NCBI GenBank assembly: GCA_951828535.1
Contig: OX639990.1
Span: forward strand, 109,300 to 173,299
Reading direction: 5' to 3'
Length of the DNA stretch: 64,000 nucleotides
DNA from: an uncultured Candidatus Entotheonella sp.
Lineage (GTDB): Bacteria > Tectomicrobia > Entotheonellia > Entotheonellales > Entotheonellaceae
Shown here: positions 29,038-36,260 of the stretch, piece by piece
Position numbering within the stretch: position 1 is the stretch's first letter
Layout of the letters: the number at the start of each line of letters is the position of its first letter
Position numbers and translations under genes: made by a program
Notes under the pieces: generated by a model
What the model was told of the DNA's origin: nothing
What the model saw: only the letters and a program-made list of their open reading frames with translations
Database searches by the model: none

Positions 29038-29041
29038 TCGC

Positions 29042-30625
29042 CTACCTGTCCTGTTCGGCCGCTTTGCGGGCCTGGGCCGCATGGCCGCTGCCGCGGCTGA
29101 GCATCAGCACGAACGGGATGCTCAGGATGAACAGCATGCCCATCAGCCAGAACACGTCGTTGTAGGCCATCATGGTGGCGTGACGGGTAACGGTGCCGTC
29201 CAGAAGTTTCAGCGCGCCGCTCTCCGCCGTCCCCGGCGCCAATCCGCGGCCGGCGCCGAGCCGCCCGGTGAGCCCGTCGAGCATTTGATTCGTGCTGGCG
29301 TCGTAGGGTGTGACGTGATCCACCAGGCGGGCGCGATGGAAGGCGGCGCGGTGTTGCACCTGACTGGCCACGAAGGCGTAGCCGACGTTGCCGCCCACCC
29401 GGCGTCCGAGCGTGTATAGACTGGTGGCGGCGGTGAGGGACCGAATCGGCACGGTACGCATGACGACCGCCGACATCGGCCCGAACATGAACGACATGCC
29501 GGCCCCGGTGAGCAGAAAACTGGTCATCATGTGCGTCCATTCCATGTCCAGCGTGAAGCCCGACATATTCAGATATCCCACCATCATCATCAGCACGCCG
29601 AGGCCGATCAGCAGGCGGCTGTCCACCGAGTTGTAGAGCCGCCCGGCTATCGGCGTCACCACCAGCATGATCAGCGTGCGCGGCAGTTGCAGCAACCCCG
29701 AATCCGTCACCGAATAGCCCTGCAGGCGCTGCAGGAACAGGGGTAGCACAAAGATGCTGCCGAACAGCGTGATGCCGAACAGGAACCCCAGGCCGATGCC
29801 GGCGCTGAAGGGCACGTTCTTGAGCAGCCGCAGGTGAATGACCGGCTCCTCGGCGTACAGCTCCCATACCACCAGCGCCACCAGTGAGATGCCGGCGACC
29901 ACCGCCAGCATGACGATGAAGGATGAATCAAACCACTGCTCACGCTCGCCGCGCTCCAGGAACAGTTGCAGAGCCGTCAGCCCCACTCCCAGCAGAATGA
30001 TGCCCGGTACGTCGATGCGTGCCAGGGTGCGTTGCAAATGCGGCGGGTCCTTAAGCACGATTATCGACAGGCCGATGCCGAGGGCCCCCAGCGGCAGATT
30101 GATGTAGAAAATCCACGGCCAGCCATACTGATCGGTTAGCCAGCCGCCCAGCACCGGGCCGACGGCCGGCGCGATCGTCACCCCCATCGCGTACAGCGCC
30201 ATGGCCATGCCGCGTTCTTCTTCCGGGAAGGTCTCCAGCACGATGGCCTGCGAGACCGGAATGAGCCCGCCGCCGCCGATGCCTTGCAGAATACGCGCCA
30301 GGATCATCATTTCGATGGAACGGGCGAGGCCGCACAGGAGTGAGGCGGCGGTGAACAGGATGAAGGAGAGGACGAAAAAGCGCTTGCGGCCCATCAGGGT
30401 GCTGAACCAGGCGGCCATGGTGACGAGGATGATCTCGGAGATGCTGTAGGCCACCGCCACCCAGGTGATGGCGTCCAGCGACACGCCGAAGGTGCTGATC
30501 ATCTGCGGCATGGCCACGTTGACGATGCTGATGTCCATCACCGACACGAACGAGCCCAGGACCACGGTGCCGGCAATGATCCACTTGCCGGCGGGGGTCG
30601 TCCGTGCCGAAACGCTCTGCTGCAT
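29042..30625 (-). CDS. MFS transporter, DHA2 (EmrB/QacA, 14-TMS) drug-efflux family
   Basis: 527 aa with ..FVSVMDISIVNVAMPQM.., ..MGRKRFFVLSFILFTAASLLCGLA.., and ..RILQGIGGGGL... Confidence 0.9.
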   Translation of the reverse strand: MQQSVSARTTPAGKWIIAGTVVLGSFVSVMDISIVNVAMPQMISTFGVSLDAITWVAVAYSISEIILVTMAAWFSTLMGRKRFFVLSFILFTAASLLCGLARSIEMMILARILQGIGGGGLIPVSQAIVLETFPEEERGMAMALYAMGVTIAPAVGPVLGGWLTDQYGWPWIFYINLPLGALGIGLSIIVLKDPPHLQRTLARIDVPGIILLGVGLTALQLFLERGEREQWFDSSFIVMLAVVAGISLVALVVWELYAEEPVIHLRLLKNVPFSAGIGLGFLFGITLFGSIFVLPLFLQRLQGYSVTDSGLLQLPRTLIMLVVTPIAGRLYNSVDSRLLIGLGVLMMMVGYLNMSGFTLDMEWTHMMTSFLLTGAGMSFMFGPMSAVVMRTVPIRSLTAATSLYTLGRRVGGNVGYAFVASQVQHRAAFHRARLVDHVTPYDASTNQMLDGLTGRLGAGRGLAPGTAESGALKLLDGTVTRHATMMAYNDVFWLMGMLFILSIPFVLMLSRGSGHAAQARKAAEQDR

Positions 30626-30780
30626 CGCCTGTTTTGCCTCCGTTCTGACTAGGGAATCATGGGCGGGCCAACGAAACTTGTTACTCTACGTGCTCACCGA
30701 ATTGATGTAAACCGGGTTCCCGGCTTCTTGCGACGCTGCAGGACGCAACGCTCCGGCAAGCCCTGAAGCGGTTTTTTTCA

Positions 30781-30809
30781 TTGCGAGCCGTGCGGCCAGC
30801 CGCTATGCT
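30781..30809 (+). promoter_or_regulatory. Candidate sigma70-type promoter for the PQQ dehydrogenase gene
   Basis: TTGCGA (30781-30786), a 17-nt spacer, then TATGCT (30804-30809), about 65 nt upstream of the ATG. Confidence 0.3.
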
Positions 30810-30875
30810 GTCTGCCATCGTAGAAAGCAAGTACGTTCCCTTTTGGGGAACGATTTCACTCTTCAAGGAGGGATT

Positions 30876-32639
30876 ATGTCCAGTAGAACCTTCACGGCCC
30901 TTGCGGTCGCGTTCGTGGTCAGCCTGGCCATGGCGTTCAGCGCCGCGGCCCAGGATATTCCACCGACTCCGACGCCGGGACCGATAGCGAATTACAGTAC
31001 CGTGACGGACGACCGGCTGGCCAGCCAGGAAGCGCATAACTGGCTGCAGATTCGCGGCAACTACGAGGGCTGGATGCATAGCCCCCTGGATCAGATCAAC
31101 ACCGGCAACGTGGCGAACCTGCGGCCGTCGTGGATGTTCTCGACTGGCGTGGTGGAAGGCCACCAGGCACCGCCGGTTGTCAACGACGGCATTATGTTCG
31201 TGACCACGCCGAGCAACCAGACCATCGCCCTCGACGCGGCGACCGGTGCGCAGATCTGGCGCTACCGGCGTGAGAAGCCCGAGGATCTGGTTGAGATTCA
31301 CCCGACCAACCGCGGCCCCGGCCTGTACGGCGACCAGGTGTTCGTCGTGACCACGGACTGCTTCCTGGTAGCCCTCGACGCCAAGACCGGCGAGGTGAAT
31401 TGGGAAGTGGCGGTCGACGACTACCAAAAGGGTTACTACACGACCCTGGCGCCCCTGACCGCGCGGGGCAAGGTGCTCGTTGGCGTATCCGGCGGCGAGT
31501 TCGGCATCCGCGGCTACGTGGCGGCCTACAATGTGGACGACGGCACCCAGGCGTGGCGTACCTACACAATTCCCGCCCCTGGCGAGCCGGGCCACGAGAC
31601 CTGGACGGCCGACTCCTGGCAGACGGGCGGCGGCTCCTCCTGGGTCACCGGCATTTTTGACGTCGAGACCGGGATCGTCTACTGGGGCGTTGGCAACGGC
31701 GCACCGTGGGCAGGCGACCGGCGCGGCAGCCTGGACAACCTGTACACCACTTCCGTTATCGCCCTGAACCTCGAAAGCGGCCAGATCATCGGCCACCACC
31801 AGTACCATTGGAACGATTCCTGGGACTGGGATGAGGTTTCTCCTCCGATTCTCACTGATCTCACCTACGGCGGCCGTACCTTCAAGGCCCTCGTCAACGT
31901 GGCCCGTAACGGCCACATCTTTGTGCTGGAACCCTCCCCGGAAGGTCCGATTGGGTTCGTGGATGCGTGGAACTACGTGTACAGCGACGTGGTCACCGCC
32001 ATCGATCCCGAGACCGGGCGCTTCACCTATGACGACGCCCACTGGCCGAAGACGAACGTGAGCGCGCCGTTCTGCCCCTCCCTGTGGGGCGGCAAGGACT
32101 GGCCGTACGTGTCCTACAGCCCGGCCAGCGGCCTGCTCTACATCCCGGCCAACGAGAACATCTGCAGCACCATGGCCGGCGATGAGTCGGAATATGTTGC
32201 CGGTGAGTTGTGGCTCGGCGTGAACATCCCGGAACTCGTCGAAGGCTTCTACCTGCGTGAAGGCTGGGAGCACATCGGCGAAATTCAGGCCTGGGACGTG
32301 GGCAACAAGAACGAGGTGTGGAAGCACACCTTCAAGCACCACAACTGGGGTCCGATCCTGTCCACCGGCGGCGGCCTGCTGTTTGCCGGCGGCACCAACG
32401 ACCGCATGTTCCGCGCCTTTGACGCGGCAACCGGCGCGGTGCTGTGGGAGTACCCCACCAACTCCGGTATCGGCGCTCCCCCGAGCACCTACTCGCTGAA
32501 CGGCAAGCAGTACGTCGCCGTGGCGTCCGGCTGGGGTGTCGACGCGGAACGCAAGCAGGACATCTTGCGGCGGGAGATTCCGGGTTACGCGGAACACGTG
32601 CCGCAGGGTGGTGTCGTATGGGTCTTCGAGCTGCCGTAA
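30876..32639 (+). CDS. PQQ-dependent alcohol/methanol dehydrogenase family quinoprotein (8-bladed propeller)
   Basis: It has a signal peptide MSSRTFTALAVAFVVSLAMAFSAAAQ, ..HQAPPVVNDGIMFV.., ..SGGEFGIRGY.., ..WGVGNGAPW.., and ..HWNDSWDWDEVS... An AAGGAGGG RBS is present. Confidence 0.9.
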   Translation: MSSRTFTALAVAFVVSLAMAFSAAAQDIPPTPTPGPIANYSTVTDDRLASQEAHNWLQIRGNYEGWMHSPLDQINTGNVANLRPSWMFSTGVVEGHQAPPVVNDGIMFVTTPSNQTIALDAATGAQIWRYRREKPEDLVEIHPTNRGPGLYGDQVFVVTTDCFLVALDAKTGEVNWEVAVDDYQKGYYTTLAPLTARGKVLVGVSGGEFGIRGYVAAYNVDDGTQAWRTYTIPAPGEPGHETWTADSWQTGGGSSWVTGIFDVETGIVYWGVGNGAPWAGDRRGSLDNLYTTSVIALNLESGQIIGHHQYHWNDSWDWDEVSPPILTDLTYGGRTFKALVNVARNGHIFVLEPSPEGPIGFVDAWNYVYSDVVTAIDPETGRFTYDDAHWPKTNVSAPFCPSLWGGKDWPYVSYSPASGLLYIPANENICSTMAGDESEYVAGELWLGVNIPELVEGFYLREGWEHIGEIQAWDVGNKNEVWKHTFKHHNWGPILSTGGGLLFAGGTNDRMFRAFDAATGAVLWEYPTNSGIGAPPSTYSLNGKQYVAVASGWGVDAERKQDILRREIPGYAEHVPQGGVVWVFELP

Positions 32640-32665
32640 GGCTGCTGATCTGACCTAAGACCGAC

Positions 32666-32705
32666 GGGAGGAGGAGCTTGATTGGGCTCCTTCTCCCGTT
32701 TTTTT
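32666..32705 (+). terminator. Rho-independent terminator after the PQQ dehydrogenase gene
   Basis: Stem GGGAGGAGGAGC / GCTCCTTCTCCC (one G-U pair) with an 8-nt loop, followed by GTTTTTTT. Confidence 0.7.
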
Positions 32706-32751
32706 CAGCTATTCCCCTCCCGCTGGGAGGGGTCAGGGGAGGGCCCAGGAT

Positions 32752-33273
32752 TTGGAAAGAATGACCGACGGGCACCGGGCGCGCGCCGCTTGTCGCATCA
32801 CGTGGCTGTTGGCCTTGGCGGGGTTTCTTCTGGCGGCGGCGACCGCACAGGCGGACACCAAGGAAGACGTCCTGGCCTTCATGGACCATTATCTCGATAG
32901 CTTCGATAATCAAAATTCCCGCTACACTGCCTCGCTGCATCACGCACCCCTGTACCTGCTGGCGCCGCACGGCGCGCTGACGGAGTTTGAAACGCCCGAG
33001 AACATCCGCCGCACCATGCGCCGCTGGAGGCGCACCCTCAATTACAACGGCTACGACCATACCGAATGGGTGTCCGTGAACGTCAAGCCGATGAGCGGCG
33101 ACACCGCGCTCGTCAGCACCGTGTTCAACCGCATCAAGGGCACGGGCGAACTGCTCCATCAGGGCGCCGCCACCTACACGCTGCTGCGTCAGGACGGCGA
33201 ATGGAAAATCTTCCTCATGCACGTGCACGAGCCGGAGCGGGCGTTAGGGTTCGGGCAGAGCGGCACTGAATAA
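32752..33273 (+). CDS. Secreted NTF2-like (SnoaL/DUF4440-type) protein
   Basis: It has a signal peptide ..ITWLLALAGFLLAAATAQA and ends ..ATYTLLRQDGEWKIFLMHVHE... The fold assignment is tentative. Confidence 0.55.
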   Translation: MERMTDGHRARAACRITWLLALAGFLLAAATAQADTKEDVLAFMDHYLDSFDNQNSRYTASLHHAPLYLLAPHGALTEFETPENIRRTMRRWRRTLNYNGYDHTEWVSVNVKPMSGDTALVSTVFNRIKGTGELLHQGAATYTLLRQDGEWKIFLMHVHEPERALGFGQSGTE

Positions 33274-33282
33274 GCCCCGGCA

Positions 33283-33333
33283 ATGTGGAACAGTATTTTG
33301 AAACAGGCCGGATTGAGGAGGGGTGAGCGATGA
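33283..33333 (+). pseudogene. hicA: hicA toxin remnant (last ~16 codons only)
   Basis: MWNSILKQAGLRRGER* resembles the conserved HicA C-terminus (..SILKQAGL..). A TAA stop lies 3 codons upstream in the same frame. Its TGA overlaps the hicB ATG (ATGA). Confidence 0.5.
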
Positions 33334-33536
33334 AATACGCGGTGATTATCGAAAAGGCCGAGAATAACTACTCGGCCTACGTGCCCGACTTGCCCGGCTG
33401 TGTGGCTACGGGCAAGACGAGGGAGGAAACCGCTCAGAACATGCGGGAGGCGATTGCCTTTCATCTTGAGGGTTTACGGGAAGACGGGATTCCGATCCCT
33501 GAGCCACAGACGTCTGCGGAATTTGTGGAGGTGTAG
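33330..33536 (+). CDS. hicB: HicB-family antitoxin (UPF0150)
   Basis: The sequence is MKYAVIIEKAENNYSAYVPDLPGCVATGKTREETAQNMREAIAFHLEGLREDGIPIPEP... Confidence 0.8.
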   Translation: MKYAVIIEKAENNYSAYVPDLPGCVATGKTREETAQNMREAIAFHLEGLREDGIPIPEPQTSAEFVEV

Positions 33537-33578
33537 GCCCCCAAGGCTTGGACCGCCGAGGGTGAGAGACTGATCCAC

Positions 33579-33641
33579 ATGGACAAGAAAAGCCTCAGCG
33601 AACGCGACATCTGCACCAAATTCATCACCCCGGCCTTGTTT
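33579..33641 (+). pseudogene. Type I restriction enzyme R-subunit (hsdR) 5' stub
   Basis: MDKKSLSERDICTKFITPAL matches the conserved HsdR N-terminal motif (SE.DICTKFITPA). Similarity ends after about 21 codons. Confidence 0.5.
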
Positions 33642-33694
33642 ACAGTCCCAGTGTTTGATGGGTTGGTCCTTTCCATGCAATGGAAGGAGGCACT

Positions 33695-34211
33695 ATGGGA
33701 CAGATACTTCACGGCTGCGCCACGACAACGCACGCTGTCAGAAAAGCAATACAGCGATCGAAAGCTTCGCTCACGCAGTTGAGCCGGACCTACGGGATCA
33801 ATCCCAAGACCGTCCAGAAATGGAGCAGGCGATAAACCGTCGAAGATCGCAAGACAGGGCCGAAACATCCGCACTCGACGCTTCTGGGCGAGGCTGAAGA
33901 AGCGCTCATCGTGACCTTCCGCCGACACACGCTGCTACCGCTCGACGAAGCCGAATCATCCCTGGACCAACGGTCAGGCTGAGCGCATGAACCGCACGAT
34001 CAAGGAGGCGACCGTCAAGCGTTTCCACTACGATAGCCATGACCGGCTTCGCGGCCATCTGGATGCCTGTGTCTCAGCTTACAACTTCGCGCGGCGCCTT
34101 AAGACCCTCCAGGGTCTCACGCCCTACGAATACATCTGCAAGGTCTGGACCTGGGAACCGCAAAGATTCAAAGTCGATCCAACCCGTCAAACTCCGGGAC
34201 TATACAGTTAG
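33695..34211 (+). pseudogene. IS481-family transposase, internally deleted and with premature stop
   Basis: The N-terminal part reads MGQILHGCATTTHAVRKAIQRSKASLTQLSRTYGINPKTVQKWSRR*..GPKHPHSTLLGEAEEALIVTFRRHTLLPLDE. It is joined out of frame to the C-terminal part ..PNHPWTNGQAERMNRTIKEATVKRFHYDSHDRLRGHLDACVSAYNFARRLKTLQGLTPYEYI... The DDE core is missing. Confidence 0.7.
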
Positions 34212-34282
34212 CAGCACCATCCTGCTATGCTCTCTGGTCTTGCATTGTCCGACTGCCTCTGTTAAGGTCACGGCTATTCGCT

Positions 34283-34376
34283 AGGGGTGTGAGACGCTGA
34301 GAGTTACCGGGACGATTCGTATCTCTGGTAACAACCCTCAGAACCTGACCTGGGTAATGCCAGCGTAGGGAAGCGC
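34283..34376 (+). promoter_or_regulatory. TPP (THI-box) riboswitch
   Basis: The sequence is GGGGTGTGAGACGCTGAGAGTTACCGGG...TCTCTGGTAACAACCCTCAGAACCTGACCTGGGTAATGCCAGCGTAGGGAAGC. It contains the conserved CUGAGA, ACCC..GAACCUGA and UAAUGCCAGCGUAGGGAA blocks. Confidence 0.9.
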
Positions 34377-34440
34377 CATTCACGCATCGCCGGGCCGCAG
34401 GCCGGATGCGCTCAGAGAATGGGTCCTTTACGGAAGCTGA

Positions 34441-34472
34441 AGCCGCACGCCCTGGCGTGGCGGCTTTTTTGT
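34441..34472 (+). terminator. Riboswitch expression-platform terminator
   Basis: Stem AGCCGCACGCC-ct-GGCGTGGCGGCT followed by TTTTTTGTTTG, 17 nt before the thiS ATG. Confidence 0.75.
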
Positions 34473-34488
34473 TTGTGGCAGGCAAATC

Positions 34489-34698
34489 ATGATGATCGAC
34501 GTACTCGTAAACGGAGACAAGCGCACCATTCCAGAGGCAAGTACCGTACGCAGTTTGCTCGAAGCCCTGGGCGTGGCCGATCGGCAAGGAACCGCGGTGG
34601 CCGTGAACATGACGGTCGTGCCGCGCCAGGCCCACGCGGCCACCGTTTTGCAGGCCGGCGACCGCGTCGAGGTTGTGCAGGCCGTTGGCGGCGGATAG
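34489..34698 (+). CDS. thiS: Sulfur carrier protein ThiS
   Basis: 69 aa with a ubiquitin-like fold and a C-terminal ..VQAVGGG. Confidence 0.9.
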   Translation: MMIDVLVNGDKRTIPEASTVRSLLEALGVADRQGTAVAVNMTVVPRQAHAATVLQAGDRVEVVQAVGGG

Positions 34699-34710
34699 GA
34701 GACATGTCAG

Positions 34711-35490
34711 ATGCAACAAGACGATTTGCTGGAGATTGGGGGTAAAACGTTCGGTTCACGGCTCATCGTCGGCACCGGCAAATATCCCACCATGGACCTG
34801 ATGCAGCAGTGCCACGAGGCTTCCGGGGCGGACATGGTGACCGTCGCGCTGCGGCGCATGGAACTGCCGGACAGCAAGCAAACGCTGCTGGATTACATCG
34901 ACCGCGACCGTTTCACCATTTTGCCCAACACCGCCGGGTGCTACGACGCCGAGTCCGCTATCCTCACCGCCCGGCTGGCGCGCGAGGCGGGGCTGTCGGA
35001 CTTCATCAAGCTGGAAGTGATCGGCGACCCGAAGACCCTCTTCCCGGACGTGGTGGATTTGCTGGAAGCCACCCGCGTGCTGGCCAAGGAAGGCTTCATC
35101 GTCATGCCCTACACCAACGACGACCCGGTGATGGCCAAGAAGCTCGAGGACGCCGGCGCCGCGGTCGTCATGCCACTCGGTGCGCCGATAGGCTCCGGCC
35201 TGGGCATCTGCAACCCCTACACCGTCCGGCTGGTTATGGAAGCGGTGCAGGTGCCGGTGATCGTCGACGCGGGCGTCGGCACGGCCTCCGACGCCGCGGT
35301 GGCCATGGAACTCGGTGTGGACGGCGTGCTGATGAACACCGGCATTGCCGGCGCCAAGGACCCCCTGGCCATGGCCCACGCCATGCGCATGGCTGTGGAG
35401 GCCGGCCGCCTGGCTTTCAAGGCCGGGCGTATCGAGCGTAAGCTCTACGCCACCGCCAGCAGCCCGCTGGAGGGCGTCATTGGCACCTGA
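34711..35490 (+). CDS. thiG: Thiazole synthase ThiG
   Basis: It has ..[11 protein letters not shown].., ..TVALRR.., ..ILPNTAGC.., ..KLEVIGD..TLFPD.., and ..[44 protein letters not shown]... Confidence 0.95.
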   Translation: MQQDDLLEIGGKTFGSRLIVGTGKYPTMDLMQQCHEASGADMVTVALRRMELPDSKQTLLDYIDRDRFTILPNTAGCYDAESAILTARLAREAGLSDFIKLEVIGDPKTLFPDVVDLLEATRVLAKEGFIVMPYTNDDPVMAKKLEDAGAAVVMPLGAPIGSGLGICNPYTVRLVMEAVQVPVIVDAGVGTASDAAVAMELGVDGVLMNTGIAGAKDPLAMAHAMRMAVEAGRLAFKAGRIERKLYATASSPLEGVIGT

Positions 35491-35603
35491 AACGCCGCGC
35501 CCTCCCCGCGGACCCCTTTCAGAGGGAGGGCAATGGAGGAAATGACCCCTCCAAAGGGGAGAGGGATGTGTGGCCTCGGCTTTCTCGTTGAGAGAGAAAT
35601 GGT

Positions 35604-36260
35604 ATGCCAGTTAACACCCGGCAGAGGAGGGGAACGCATGGCCCCGGCTTTCGCCTCTACGTGGTGACCGACCGGCACCAAACCGCCGGGCGCCCCTTGG
35701 CGGAAGTGGTTGCGGCGGCGGCGCGCGGCGGGGTGGGAGCTGTTCAGTTGCGGGAGAAGGATCTCAGCGCCCGTGAACTCTACGATTTGGGCGCGTGCCT
35801 GCAAGAGGTGTTAAGTCCCTACCGGGTGCCGCTGCTGATCAACGACCGCCTCGACGTCGCCCTGGCCCTGCACGCCGCCGGCGTTCATTTGGCTGGTCAT
35901 TCCCTGCCCACCCGAACGGCCCGCAGCATGCTGGGACCCGACAAGCTTCTCGGCGTTTCCACCCACAGCCTCGACGCGGCGCATCAAGCCGCGGAAGAAG
36001 GCGCCGACTTCGTGGTCTTCGGTCCCGTCTTCGCAACCCCCTCCAAACTCGCCTACGGCCCGCCGCAGGGCCTGTCGCAACTGGCCGCGGTGGTACGGGA
36101 CGTTTCCATCCCGGTACTGGCCATCGGCGGCATCACGCCCGTCAATCTCCCGCAAGTGCAGCAGACCGGAGCGCACGGCGTCGCCATGATCCGCGCCGTC
36201 CTCGCAGCGCCCGATCCGTGCGCGGCGACCCAGCAGTTGTGTCGTTTACTTGCCGAATAA
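35604..36260 (+). CDS. thiE: Thiamine-phosphate synthase ThiE
   Basis: It has ..LYVVTDR.., ..GGVGAVQLREKDLSAREL.., ..LINDRLDVALALHAAGVHL.., ..GVSTHS.., ..GADFVVFGPVFATPSK.., and ..VLAIGGI... Start is uncertain. Confidence 0.85.
   Translation: MPVNTRQRRGTHGPGFRLYVVTDRHQTAGRPLAEVVAAAARGGVGAVQLREKDLSARELYDLGACLQEVLSPYRVPLLINDRLDVALALHAAGVHLAGHSLPTRTARSMLGPDKLLGVSTHSLDAAHQAAEEGADFVVFGPVFATPSKLAYGPPQGLSQLAAVVRDVSIPVLAIGGITPVNLPQVQQTGAHGVAMIRAVLAAPDPCAATQQLCRLLAE

Noticed and set aside
30681-32597. 638-aa minus-strand ORF opposite the PQQ dehydrogenase; similarly 40183..41919 (+) opposite DUF362, 12843..13712 (-), 52877..53836 (-), 58166..58885 (-), 7474..8418 (-), 9674..10621 (-)
   Set aside because: All are GC-shadow ORFs antisense to genes with strong family motifs. 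Their compositions are dominated by R/A/G/P/V with no motifs.
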